From positions 28,792 to 92,791 of the forward strand of contig JBEKCB010000019.1 of the NCBI GenBank assembly GCA_050015075.1: a stretch of 64,000 nucleotides of DNA, read 5' to 3'. Position 1 is the first letter of the stretch. Every line of letters starts with the position of its first letter. This DNA comes from Candidatus Brocadiia bacterium (lineage in GTDB: Bacteria; Planctomycetota; Brocadiia; CAIUPP01). The notes below the pieces were generated by a model. It did no database searches, had not been told where the DNA came from, and was given only the letters and a program-made list of their open reading frames with translations. Both the position numbers and the translations under genes were made by a program. Below are positions 49,417-58,788 of the stretch, one piece after another.

Positions 49417-50490
49417 CTACTTCGGCACCACCACAGGTTCCGCCGGGGTTGCCGGGGCCGGTTTCGCCGGTTCCGCCGGCGGCGTCTCCGGCTTGGCCGG
49501 GGCCGGCGGCGCGGCGGGGGCGACGGTGGTCTCCGGCAGCTTCACGCCCAACTGCATGGCGCGGTCGGCATTCGTCGTCGTGGCGCGGTTCTGGCAGTCC
49601 CTGATGGGCTCGTCGCGGAAATCCTCGCCATAATACAGCACCATCGCCGCGATCCGTGCGGCCATCCGCGCCTGAGCGCTGATCGGAACCGACACCGCGC
49701 CGAGAACGCCGTTGGGGCCGACGGCTTCTTTCGCGAAGCTGAAGTCCGGCAGCTTGTTCGCCCGCGAGGTGGCCAGGAGGATTTCCGGCCCCGGCACCGT
49801 CGCGCTGCCGCTGGCGTCCTTGAGCACTTCCGAATAGGACGCGATCACAAGCACGTCGGCCTGGCCCTGAACGTCCTTGATGGCCGTCATCCATTCGTCC
49901 ATCGTGCCCGCGCGCTTGACCTGCACCACCTTGATCGGCAGGTCGCTCGCCCGATCAATCTGCGCGACAATCACGTCACCCTCGATGCTCTTGTCCGCGA
50001 GGACGGCCGCGCTGCGCGCCGAGGGCACAACCTCCTTCATCAGTGCGAACAGCTCCGCGACCGGCGCCGGCGCAGTGATGCCTGTGGCCTGGGCCGGGTC
50101 GGTCAGCTTGTATGCGGCCGGGTCGCCCGCGATGTCGAAGAAGATGACTTTCCTCGAAAGCTCGATGGCCTTCGGCGCGAAGTCGCGCGCCACGAGGTCG
50201 CCCTGCACGAAGACGATGCACGGGTCCGACGCGTGCAGGTTGGCAACGGCCAGGTGGTTCCTCTCCACGCGCCAGACCGGGCTCTCCTGCCCGACCATGT
50301 CCGTATTGCAAATCGTCAGGGCGTAGGGAACGTTCTCGCCGCCCATCCGCGTCCGGATCGCCGCAACCGCCTCGGCGACGCGCGGCGAATCGTCGGGGTA
50401 CTGTGTCACGAGCAGCAGGCTCTTCGGGGCGCAACCGACGAATGAGCAGGCCAGCAGGGCTGCGGCGGCGAACGAGATGGTTCTCTTCAT
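49417..50490 (-). CDS. ABC-type substrate-binding-like lipoprotein
   Basis: Lipobox FVGC; A..LGVKLP end typical of ABC_sub_bind; Pro/Ala tail. Confidence 0.65.
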   Translation of the reverse strand: MKRTISFAAAALLACSFVGCAPKSLLLVTQYPDDSPRVAEAVAAIRTRMGGENVPYALTICNTDMVGQESPVWRVERNHLAVANLHASDPCIVFVQGDLVARDFAPKAIELSRKVIFFDIAGDPAAYKLTDPAQATGITAPAPVAELFALMKEVVPSARSAAVLADKSIEGDVIVAQIDRASDLPIKVVQVKRAGTMDEWMTAIKDVQGQADVLVIASYSEVLKDASGSATVPGPEILLATSRANKLPDFSFAKEAVGPNGVLGAVSVPISAQARMAARIAAMVLYYGEDFRDEPIRDCQNRATTTNADRAMQLGVKLPETTVAPAAPPAPAKPETPPAEPAKPAPATPAEPVVVPK

Positions 50491-50651
50491 GGACGGGTCC
50501 TCCTCGGTTCAGTTTTCTGCCTCGCGGCAGGACAAGGCAAATCCTACTGCCCGGCGCGGCATAAGTCAAACGATCTTATCCCCGAACATTGACAGCGCCG
50601 CGGCGGACTGCTACTTTCCTGCGCGGGTTCTCGCAAGGAGGTCTCCGTGCC

Positions 50652-51104
50652 ATGCGCGCGGTGGTGCAGCGGGTAAGCGAGGCGCGCGTCAGCGTGAGCG
50701 CCCGGTCGGTCGGCGAGATCGGGAAGGGTCTGCTTGTGTTTCTCGGCGTCGGCGGCGACGATAACGAGGGCGACGCGGACTATCTCGCGGAGAAAATCGC
50801 CGGCCTGCGGATTTTCGCCGACGACCAGGACAAGATGAACCGCTCCGCCGCGGACCTCCACGCGGAGGTGATGGTCATCTCGCAGTTCACTCTCTACGGC
50901 GACGTGCGCCGGGGCAAACGCCCTTCCTTCAGCGACGCCGCCCCGCCCGAGAGCGCCCGCGCGCTTTACGAATACTTCGTCCGGCGCCTCAGCGCGCTCG
51001 GAGTCTCCAAGGTCGCCACCGGCGAGTTCCAGGCGATGATGGACGTCTCGCTGGTCAACGCAGGCCCGGTCACGATCCTCCTCGACAGCCGGAAGACATT
51101 CTAG
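50652..51104 (+). CDS. dtd: D-aminoacyl-tRNA deacylase
   Basis: [19 protein letters not shown]; TTGACA-N17-TACTTT upstream. Confidence 0.95.
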   Translation: MRAVVQRVSEARVSVSARSVGEIGKGLLVFLGVGGDDNEGDADYLAEKIAGLRIFADDQDKMNRSAADLHAEVMVISQFTLYGDVRRGKRPSFSDAAPPESARALYEYFVRRLSALGVSKVATGEFQAMMDVSLVNAGPVTILLDSRKTF

Positions 51105-51193
51105 CGCCGCTGCGCTTGCATCCATCCCTGACCGTCGCTAGTCTGTTCTCAGGTTCGCGCGGAATCCGCGCCGGATTTCAATGAGGATCGCCC

Positions 51194-54100
51194 ATGATAG
51201 ACCCTCGCACTTTCGCCGACCCGGGACCCGAATTCAGAGACGTCACACTGTGGATGCTGAATGACCGCCTGGAGGGCGATGAGCTGGTCCGCCAGTTGGA
51301 AGGAATCCGCGCGGCCGGCTGCGGCGCGGTGATCGCCCGCACGTATAACGGTCTGCGAAGCGACTATCCGGGCGAGGGTTTCATGGCCAGCATGGAAACC
51401 CTCGTCGCCGCCGCGGGCCGGGTGGGACTGCGTGTGTACTTGCAGGCCGGGTTCATGCCCGCCTGCGTGCCGGACCTGCCAGAACAGTTCTGCCTGCCGG
51501 TGCTGACGGCCCGCGCGAAAGGAGCCGCGGCCGACGCGCGCCCGCTCGCGGTATGCGGCGAGGTCTCCATCCACGCGGAACGCGCCGCAGGCCGGCTCGA
51601 CCTGCTGAACCCGGCGGCGGTGAGTTACTATCTGGACCTGGCCTATGAACGAACGTGGCGCCGGTTCAAGAGCGAGTTCGGCAAGACGATTGTGTCCATG
51701 TGGGTGGATGAGCCGCATTTCAACCCGCCGCACATTCCCTGGGGAGACGGGCTGCAGGCCGCGTTCGAGCGTCAGTGGGGCTATCCGCTGGCCGGCGCGG
51801 TTCCCAGCCTGTATGGACGGACTGGAAATTGGGAGCTGGTCAGATACCAGTATTGGCGCACAGTGGTCGAGAGGCTGCAGGAGGCCTATTTCGCCCCCAT
51901 CGCCGCATGGTGCGGCAAGAACCGCCTGGCCTTCAGCGGCCACCTCATGGGAGAGGACTACCTGGAGTCGCAGATCGGCTGGACCGGCGCGACCATGCCG
52001 CTGTATCCATTCATGGACATCCCGGGCATTGACCATCTTACGCGCAGCCTGGAATGGGGATGCTACGCCGATGCGGGCGAGCGCGGCGTTCCCTTCCTGC
52101 TCACTCCTGCGCAATGCGTCAGCGTCGCCGCCCAGACGCGGAAATCCGCGGCGCTCTGCGAGATGTACGGAGTCAGCAGCCAGAGCCTAACCTTCCGCGA
52201 TCAGAAGTTCATCGGCGACTTCTTCTTCAGCAAGGGAATCAACGTGCGCTGTCTCCACGGAACGTTCTACTCGCTCGGAGGCCGCCGCAAGCGCATCTAC
52301 CCGCCGACCATTTCATACCAGCAGCCGTGGTGGCCGGAACAGCGGATGGCCGGCGACTACTTCGCGCGCCTGGGTTACGCCCTGCGCCAGGGCCGCCGCT
52401 CCGCCGATGTGCTGGTGCTGCACCCGGTGGAGTCGGCCTTCATGCTCTTTGAACCGTTGCAGTATATCCCCGACGGCGCCGGGCCGCGCAGCAACGTGGA
52501 GATTGGAAAGTTGAACGCCTCGCTGGTCGGCGTTCTTCTCTCGCTGACGGAATCGCACCGGAGTTTCGATCTGGGCGACGAGCAGATGCTGGCCAAGATG
52601 GGCAGCGTGGGCGCTGACGGCACGCTTCGCCTGGGCGCGATGTCCTACCGGGCCGTGGTCCTGCCCATGCTGCTGACGCTGCGGCGCTCCACCTTGCGGC
52701 TGCTGGAGCAGTTCAGGCGCGCGGGAGGAACCGTGCTTGCGGCGGGCGCAGGTCCCGAGCGCGTGGAGGGCGCGCCGGACACGGCGGCTCGAGATTTTGC
52801 GGAAACTCTCCGCGGCGAAGGAACACGCCATGCCTGGATTGCGGCGCTGGATGCGGCGCTTCCCCGCCGGCTCCATATCGAATCACCGGGCGAGGCGGCC
52901 AACGAATTGTTGCTCGGCGAGCGGGAATTGGAAGAGGGGCATCTAGTATTCCTGTGCAACCGAAACCGCAGCCGTTCGCGGCGGATTTCGCTCCACAGAG
53001 AAGGGGCGCGCCGGATTCGGGAACTGGACCCTGTCAGCGGCCGGATCAGCATTGTGGCCGGCGGGAAGAACGGAGATGCGGCGCGCATCAAGACGAGCAT
53101 GGCGCCGGGCGAGGCGAAACTTTATTTGTTCGAAGACGCGCCTGTTGCCGGAGGGCAGAATGCCGTGGACTCCGCCTCGGTCGAACACCCCGCGGATATC
53201 GGTGAAAGCGACGCGGACGAAATCGCGCTGGATGACTCCTGGCAGATCCAAAGGCTTGGTCCGAACGCTCTCACGCTGGACTTCTGCCGTTACAGGACAG
53301 GCGAAGGACCGTACTCCGAACCGTTGCCGGTCATTGCCGTTCAGCAGATCCTCTGCGCCCGCCAATACCGCGGCCCGCTGTGGACGCAGCAGGTCTTCAA
53401 CGTCGAAGCGCTTCCGAAACAGGCATGGCTCGCCGTTGAGAATCCGGAAGAGCAGGCGATTTCGCTCAACGGCAAGGCGGTTGAAAGCAAGCCGGAGGGT
53501 TTCTTCCTCGACCGCTCATTCCAGAAGCTGGACATCGCCGCCCTCCTCAAATCGGGCGTCAATACACTGGAACTGCGGCGGGAGTTCACGCCCCTGCAGC
53601 GCGAGTCGTCCAGCCTGGCGGGCCTGTTCCAGAACCTGGTCGGCACGGAGTTGGAATCGTCATACATCGTCGGCGAGTTCGCGGTCCATGGAAAAGAGAC
53701 CGCCGGCGCGCCCGGATGCGTGCGCTTGGCGCCCGAGTTCCGCATCGGCGTCGAGCCTTCCGGACCGGCGTCGGCGCGCGACTTGATCGGCCGGGGCTAC
53801 CCATTCTTTGCCGGCGTCATGCGCGCGAGCCGGCGCCTGACGCTGACTCGCCCCGTCGCAGGTGAACGGTTGATCCTCGGCGTGCGCGGGTTGAATGCCT
53901 GCCTGGTCCGCGTGTTCGTGAACGGTGCAATGGCCGGCGTCCGAGGCTGGGATCCTTTCACCGTGGATATCACCGACGCAGTGAAGGAGGGACAAAACGA
54001 ACTGGCGCTCGAACTCGTGGGCACATTGCGCAACCTGCTCGGCCCACACCACCGGACCGCGGGCGACCCTGACTCCTGCTGGGGCGAGCCGGCCTTCCGA

Positions 54101-54244
54101 GGCGACACTACATCCCGTTCCGGCCGGCGCGACCCGAATTGGTTCGAGACACGCAACCGCGCGGGCGGTCCCTGGACTGACGACTACCTTGTCGTGCCTT
54201 TTGGATTCGAGAGCGTTTCACTCACTAGGCGGCGCACGAGATAA
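51194..54244 (+). CDS. Large glycoside hydrolase (GH106 / GH2-like)
   Basis: WVDEP, FSGHLMGE, MDIPGID, CEMYG, R..YPP; C-terminal beta-sandwich. Confidence 0.75.
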   Translation: MIDPRTFADPGPEFRDVTLWMLNDRLEGDELVRQLEGIRAAGCGAVIARTYNGLRSDYPGEGFMASMETLVAAAGRVGLRVYLQAGFMPACVPDLPEQFCLPVLTARAKGAAADARPLAVCGEVSIHAERAAGRLDLLNPAAVSYYLDLAYERTWRRFKSEFGKTIVSMWVDEPHFNPPHIPWGDGLQAAFERQWGYPLAGAVPSLYGRTGNWELVRYQYWRTVVERLQEAYFAPIAAWCGKNRLAFSGHLMGEDYLESQIGWTGATMPLYPFMDIPGIDHLTRSLEWGCYADAGERGVPFLLTPAQCVSVAAQTRKSAALCEMYGVSSQSLTFRDQKFIGDFFFSKGINVRCLHGTFYSLGGRRKRIYPPTISYQQPWWPEQRMAGDYFARLGYALRQGRRSADVLVLHPVESAFMLFEPLQYIPDGAGPRSNVEIGKLNASLVGVLLSLTESHRSFDLGDEQMLAKMGSVGADGTLRLGAMSYRAVVLPMLLTLRRSTLRLLEQFRRAGGTVLAAGAGPERVEGAPDTAARDFAETLRGEGTRHAWIAALDAALPRRLHIESPGEAANELLLGERELEEGHLVFLCNRNRSRSRRISLHREGARRIRELDPVSGRISIVAGGKNGDAARIKTSMAPGEAKLYLFEDAPVAGGQNAVDSASVEHPADIGESDADEIALDDSWQIQRLGPNALTLDFCRYRTGEGPYSEPLPVIAVQQILCARQYRGPLWTQQVFNVEALPKQAWLAVENPEEQAISLNGKAVESKPEGFFLDRSFQKLDIAALLKSGVNTLELRREFTPLQRESSSLAGLFQNLVGTELESSYIVGEFAVHGKETAGAPGCVRLAPEFRIGVEPSGPASARDLIGRGYPFFAGVMRASRRLTLTRPVAGERLILGVRGLNACLVRVFVNGAMAGVRGWDPFTVDITDAVKEGQNELALELVGTLRNLLGPHHRTAGDPDSCWGEPAFRGDTTSRSGRRDPNWFETRNRAGGPWTDDYLVVPFGFESVSLTRRRTR

Positions 54245-54256
54245 AGAGCAACGCTG

Positions 54257-54592
54257 ATGAGGCTGTGGATCAACAAGCGCCCCGGGGCAACCCACGTCTT
54301 CAAGCGGCCCGACGACTCCTCGAAAGCCGCCTACCGACGCCTTCGGGATGCGTTCAAGGATGCTGTGGACCGCAGCGGCATCGGGCGCCCGGTGACGCCG
54401 CAGGATTGCCGACGGACCGTGGCCAGCCTCCTGGCCGCGCGCGGGGTCAACCAGAAGGTCGCCGCCGAGTTCCTCGGCCACAGCGACATCACGACCACAT
54501 CAAAATACTACCAGGCCGTCCAAGAAGACACGTTGCGCGGCGTGGTGGTCAGCCTTCGGCCCACGGGGACGGAAGGGAAGCCGATATCCTGA
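54257..54592 (+). pseudogene. Tyrosine recombinase C-terminal fragment
   Basis: QDCRRT, LGHSDITTTSKYY; 54258-54376 identical to 63882-64000; N-terminus absent. Confidence 0.88.
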
Positions 54593-54837
54593 ATCCTGCG
54601 CAGATTCCTCATAACCCGCCCGGTGCCTCGACGAAGGCAGAATCTCAGCCCTGCCAGTCTCCCTCCGACTCGTCCAGACGAGCTTGCGAGTAGTGGTCAA
54701 AAGCGTTGGCGCACGTGCACTCCGCCGGTTGCGCCCTTCGCTGAGGCGTGCTATTCTTGCGGCCACTGATGTGGGCCTGTCAGGCGAGGCAAGCTGATTC
54801 GTCCATTCTCTTACGGGCACCCGGAAAGGAGGCTCCA

Positions 54838-55542
54838 ATGTTCCGGTGGTTCGAGACCCTGGGAGACCGTTTCTGGCTCAAGCCCGATGCTGAAGGCGAG
54901 TCGGAGTCGAAGTTCATTCGAAAGGCGCTGCACCTGCGGCGCGCGATGCACGTGCTCGATGCGCCGTGCGGGGCAGGCCGTGTGGCGGTGCACTTGGCGA
55001 TGGCCGGATGCGCCGTATCAGGAATTGACTTGCGTCCCCAGTTCATCCGGCGGGCGCGCGACAGATTCCGACAGGCGGGCGTGGCCGGCGAGTTCCATGT
55101 CATGGACCTGCGCCAGATAACCTTCGAGAACGCCTTCCACGGCATCTACAATTGGCTTGGCAGCTTCGGCTACTTCGACGAATCGGCTAATGAGGAACTG
55201 GTGCGGCGCTATGCGCGGGCATTGCGAAGCGGCGGACGCCTGTTGATTGAGCAACCCAACCGCGAGCGAATCTTGCGGCACTTCCTGAAAGAAGTGCGAG
55301 ACGGCGACCTGGTGCAGCGGAATCGGTGGGATGCCCGTACACAGCGCGTCGTCTCCCGCCGGATCGTCGGCGGGAAGGAGAACCCGCGCGATGTTTCCTC
55401 GGTGCGGCTCTACACGCTTCAACAGATGCGGCGGCTCTACGAGAAGTCGGGGCTGCGGGTCGAAGGTGTTTATGATTCGCGCACGGGCGAGCCGTTCACG
55501 CGCGGCAGCCGACGCATCGCGGTGGTGGGTGTCAAGGGATAG
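54838..55542 (+). CDS. Class I SAM-dependent methyltransferase
   Basis: VLDAPCGAGR, SFGYF, GGRLLI; AAGGAGG RBS. Confidence 0.9.
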   Translation: MFRWFETLGDRFWLKPDAEGESESKFIRKALHLRRAMHVLDAPCGAGRVAVHLAMAGCAVSGIDLRPQFIRRARDRFRQAGVAGEFHVMDLRQITFENAFHGIYNWLGSFGYFDESANEELVRRYARALRSGGRLLIEQPNRERILRHFLKEVRDGDLVQRNRWDARTQRVVSRRIVGGKENPRDVSSVRLYTLQQMRRLYEKSGLRVEGVYDSRTGEPFTRGSRRIAVVGVKG

Positions 55543-55605
55543 GCATGGTTCACGAAGTCTTCGCTCTTCTGTTTCAGAACGCGTGTGTGGCGGACGGCAC
55601 ACCCC

Positions 55606-55657
55606 GCGCGGCGTGGTGGTGAGCCTTCGGCCCACTGGGACGGAAGGAAAGCGATGA
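55606..55657 (+). pseudogene. Extreme 3' end of a second tyrosine recombinase allele
   Basis: 44/47 nt identical to 54535-54581; all 3 differences are synonymous (RGVVVSLRPTGTEGK). Confidence 0.8.
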
Positions 55658-55662
55658 CCACC

Positions 55663-55683
55663 GCTACATACAAACTACATCAC
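55663..55683 (+). repeat. Candidate integrase arm-type site, left
   Basis: GCTACATACAAACTACATCAC; CTACAT repeated with 11-bp period; matches 55926-55946 at 18/21. Confidence 0.65.
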
Positions 55684-55720
55684 TTTTGGGCGAAGGTGAC
55701 GGCATTGGCAGGCACGCTAG

Positions 55721-55756
55721 AAAAAAGGCCGGGCGCGGAATCTCTACGCCCGGCCT
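55721..55756 (-). terminator. Rho-independent terminator downstream of the tRNA-Leu 3' half
   Basis: AGGCCGGGCG/CGCCCGGCCT stem followed by a T-tract on the minus strand. Confidence 0.8.
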
Positions 55757-55767
55757 ACGTTTTCTAT

Positions 55768-55822
55768 TGGTGCCGAAGGCGAGATTTGAACTCGCAAGGG
55801 CTTACACCCACTAGGTCCTGAA
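55768..55822 (-). mobile_element. att site: 3' half of tRNA-Leu(CAG)
   Basis: TTCAGGACCTAGTGGGTGTAAGCCCTTGCGAGTTCAAATCTCGCCTTCGGCACCA; runs from the anticodon loop to CCA, 5' half absent. Confidence 0.9.
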
Positions 55823-55925
55823 TTGTCCCGCGCCCTGCGGGAAAAGTCAAGCTTTGCGAGATTTTTTGGGAACTCGCCAAACCCAACTCGGCAGCCAGCG
55901 GTAAGAAACGGTACTCCGAGGCGGC

Positions 55926-55946
55926 GCTACATACCGTCTACATCAC
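55926..55946 (+). repeat. Candidate integrase arm-type site, right
   Basis: GCTACATACCGTCTACATCAC. Confidence 0.65.
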
Positions 55947-55965
55947 CGCCGGTTGCGCAATCAGG

Positions 55966-56040
55966 ATGGTAGCGGGGGCAGGCTTCACCACTGACACTTC
56001 GAGTTTCGAGGCTTGGGTAGAGGTCCGACTGGCGTCTTGA
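55966..56040 (+). repeat. Serine-recombinase-like tail with tRNA-fMet-like att core, copy 1
   Basis: TGGTAGCGGGGGCAGG = reverse complement of CCTGCCCCCGCTACCA; encodes MVAGAGFTTDTSSFEAWVEVRLAS*. Confidence 0.7.
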
Positions 56041-56134
56041 CACAGACACGTCTCGGGATAACTGGCATTTGGCTGAACTGTCGGCTACGGTCTCGACGCT
56101 CTTTCCGGCCCTCTTCACAAGGCCTCCGGAGTTA

Positions 56135-56614
56135 TTATCCGCTTTGCTGGCTGCATCTTGCCACGCGAAATACGGTCCGAGCCACAGGAGCTTCCTCGGT
56201 AAAGTACTCAAAAAGCCATCCGTGCTCGCGCGCCGCACGGATGCATTCGAGCAGCGCCAAGCCGCCACCCCCGAGCGCTCCGGGAATACGGATGCGCCCC
56301 GAGGAATCCGCGTGCTGCATGCGTTGCTCCTCGGTTTTCCGCCGCGTCTCCTCGTAGTTGCGGAAGCGGTCGTCTAGTTGGATAACGTCCGCCTGTGTAG
56401 GTTTTCCGATATTTACTACGCGGACATCAAAGTCGCGTCCGGCTTCTGAAAGAATCACCTCGATGAGCACTTCGTGCGCGGTAAGTGTATGAGCCTGACC
56501 GTTACGTCGAACCACTTGCAAAGCATTGAGAAGCAGCTCGATGAGTATCCATTCCAGGCCGCCGAGATCGTCTTCGGAAAGCCGAGGACGAAGGTCCTCC
56601 AAGACAGGCTTCAA
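56135..56614 (-). CDS. HATPase_c-like ATP-binding protein (may start at CTG 56704)
   Basis: ELLLNALQ N-box, V.N.G, GGGGL G-box; frame stays open 30 codons upstream. Confidence 0.65.
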   Translation of the reverse strand: MKPVLEDLRPRLSEDDLGGLEWILIELLLNALQVVRRNGQAHTLTAHEVLIEVILSEAGRDFDVRVVNIGKPTQADVIQLDDRFRNYEETRRKTEEQRMQHADSSGRIRIPGALGGGGLALLECIRAAREHGWLFEYFTEEAPVARTVFRVARCSQQSG

Positions 56615-56690
56615 TTCCGCGCGCAGGTCTTCCAGCGAGGCTTTTTCAGTCTTGAAGTCGTGCGCGGTGAGCGATTTTCGATGGAAGGGT

Positions 56691-57173
56691 CTATTCGCGT
56701 TCAGTGCTCAGGTCCTTTGATAGAACTGTGTTCCGCCAGCCGGCAAGCGGCCCGAAGGTGACGCACTCTTTGCCCGTGATTTTTGCGCCCATGGCTTTGT
56801 AGAACGGGACGGCATAGCCGGTTGTGGAGACCTGAAGACGCCGATGACCACCGGCGGCGATGAGCCGCTCGGCTTTGCGGAAGAGACGCGTGCCGATGCC
56901 ATGGCGATGATACGCTGGATGGACGTAGAGCTCATCGACCTCCGCGTTGTTGACGGCGAGCACACCGACGATACGACTGCCGGAGATGGCGACGAAAGAA
57001 CGGCATCGCAGGAATTGCGGGCCTACCCATTCCGGCACACAGCGTTCTTTCCGGAGCCGATGGCGCTGGTTCGGGGCGTAGTTTTCCGCGTCGGCCAGGA
57101 ATTCATAGGCGGCACCGACGAGGTGGGAGACAGCGGGCACGTCGCGCTTAGACATTTTTCGGAGCTGGATCAC
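56691..57173 (-). CDS. GNAT-family N-acetyltransferase
   Basis: LYVHPAYHRHGIGTRL, AVPFYKAMG. Confidence 0.9.
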   Translation of the reverse strand: MIQLRKMSKRDVPAVSHLVGAAYEFLADAENYAPNQRHRLRKERCVPEWVGPQFLRCRSFVAISGSRIVGVLAVNNAEVDELYVHPAYHRHGIGTRLFRKAERLIAAGGHRRLQVSTTGYAVPFYKAMGAKITGKECVTFGPLAGWRNTVLSKDLSTERE

Positions 57174-57327
57174 GGGACGTTCCCTCGACAGTCATTCAAG
57201 ACCCTTGCGGCCGACAGCCTACAACTTTGCCCACGGTAAGTCCACTTATCTCACGTAGCCTCCTCCCCGAAAAGCGCGAAGGCTCTAGTTCAGAATCACC
57301 AGCCCAAGCCGCCGGCAACTTCACGCA

Positions 57328-57621
57328 GGACGAGGACGCCGCCCTAGCCCAGATCATGGCCGGCCTAGATAACCTGGAGGAAGTTCTGGCGCAGGGCAGC
57401 GTGCCCGAAGTCAAGGCCGTGCTCCGCGCGTACACGGGCGCATCGAGGTGGACCCGTTCAACGGGAAAGCCCGCGTCGGCTTCCTGCGGCTGCCGATCCG
57501 GGCTTTCTTATCACGTCAGCCCTCGCCCGAAACCGAGAGGGTCAGTGGTCTAGCGGGGGCAGGATTAAATACTGATTCTTCGATTTTGGACGCCTGGAAA
57601 GAGGTGCGACTGGCGTCCTGA
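57328..57621 (+). pseudogene. Large serine recombinase C-terminal remnant (frameshifted), containing tail copy 2
   Basis: LDNLEEVL..G...EVKAVLRAY / RIEVDP..GKARVGF..LP ... GLAGAGLNTDSSILDAWKEVRLAS*; frameshift near 57438. Confidence 0.65.
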
Positions 57622-57711
57622 GCGTCTCCCCTCCAAGTCGTCCGCTCTACGCAGCCTTCGCCTGCTCGTCGGGGCCACTCTAGCATTTTGGGGGCGCGCG
57701 CAACATCCGTT

Positions 57712-58626
57712 TCATACGCTGTGATCACGCAGCTCCCGAAGTGCCATCCGCAGAAACTCCTGCGCTGCTGGTGAAAGAGTGGCACTCTTGCTGTGGATAA
57801 AGCCCAAGGTGCGCCTCTCGTCGGCGCGGAAGAGGCGCAAGGCACACAGACCGCCACTCGACACCTCGCGCTCCACCGCTACGCGAGGCACGATGGAGAT
57901 TCCCAGGTCCAGTTGCACAAGCTGCTTTATGGCTTCAATGTTGGCCAACTCCATGGCGATCTTCGGAACGCAGCCTGCAGCCTGGAATCGGGCATCAATG
58001 AAGGCACGCGTATTCGAGCCGCGGTCGAGCAGTAGAAGCGGGTATGCGGCCAGGTCGCTCATCTTCAGCCGCCGGCGGGCGGCCAAAGGATGCCTTGGCG
58101 AACAGATGACCACATCTTCCCGCTCCAGGGCCTCGCGGACAACAATGCCTGAGTGACGAAGCGGCAGCGTCACTATGCCTAATTCGACTTCACGCGCCAG
58201 AACTTGCTGGAGGATAGCGGGAGAGGGACGGTCGGCTATGATGATTTCCACGCCTGGGTACTTCTCGCGGAACCGGCGCAGGACCGGAGGCAGCACGTAG
58301 CAGGTAGCCGTGTCGCTCGCGCCGATACGCAGGCTGCCTTGCTTCAGCCCGCCGAGGGCATCCAGCTTGCCTTGGGCCTCTTCGAGGATGCGGAACGCCT
58401 GTTGAACGTGTTCGAAGAGCACGCGGCCGGCGGGAGTGAGCTCCACCGTCCGGCCCAGTCGTTCAAAGAGCTTCTGGCCCACCTGCCGTTCGAGTTGAGC
58501 GACGCTTTGACTGACCGCAGGCTGGGTGCGGAAGATGCGTCTGGCGCCGCGTGAGAAGTTTCTTTCCACCGCGACAGCCCTAAACGCCTTCAGCCGTTCA
58601 AAATCTAATGCCACGATATCCACCAC
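57712..58626 (-). CDS. LysR-family transcriptional regulator
   Basis: NFSRGARRIFRTQPAVSQ HTH; LFER.GR.VELT.AG; DLGISIVP. Confidence 0.93.
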   Translation of the reverse strand: MVDIVALDFERLKAFRAVAVERNFSRGARRIFRTQPAVSQSVAQLERQVGQKLFERLGRTVELTPAGRVLFEHVQQAFRILEEAQGKLDALGGLKQGSLRIGASDTATCYVLPPVLRRFREKYPGVEIIIADRPSPAILQQVLAREVELGIVTLPLRHSGIVVREALEREDVVICSPRHPLAARRRLKMSDLAAYPLLLLDRGSNTRAFIDARFQAAGCVPKIAMELANIEAIKQLVQLDLGISIVPRVAVEREVSSGGLCALRLFRADERRTLGFIHSKSATLSPAAQEFLRMALRELRDHSV

Positions 58627-58650
58627 ATTGATAATGATGATTAGAACTAT

Positions 58651-58665
58651 CTATTGGACTGATAG
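58651..58665. promoter_or_regulatory. Candidate LysR box (T-N11-A)
   Basis: CTAT-N7-ATAG palindrome between lysR and the purA stub. Confidence 0.55.
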
Positions 58666-58728
58666 CATAACGCACGGTACGCTCTGGATGCAAGGCAAGG
58701 AGCGGCTCTTTCAGTGAAAGGACAGAGT

Positions 58729-58788
58729 ATGCCAGTGACGGCGATTGTCGGGGCAAACTGGGGCGATGAAGGGAAGGGCAAAGGATGA
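58729..58788 (+). pseudogene. purA: Adenylosuccinate synthetase N-terminal stub (19 codons)
   Basis: MPVTAIVGANWGDEGKGK; AAAGGA RBS; stop overlaps the next ATG. Confidence 0.85.

Noticed and set aside
49417-49530. Pro/Ala-rich repetitive stretch
   Set aside because: Ordinary low-complexity protein tail.
55768-55822. Functional tRNA-Leu gene
   Set aside because: The 5' half (acceptor 5' strand, D arm, 5' anticodon stem) is missing; it is an att remnant.
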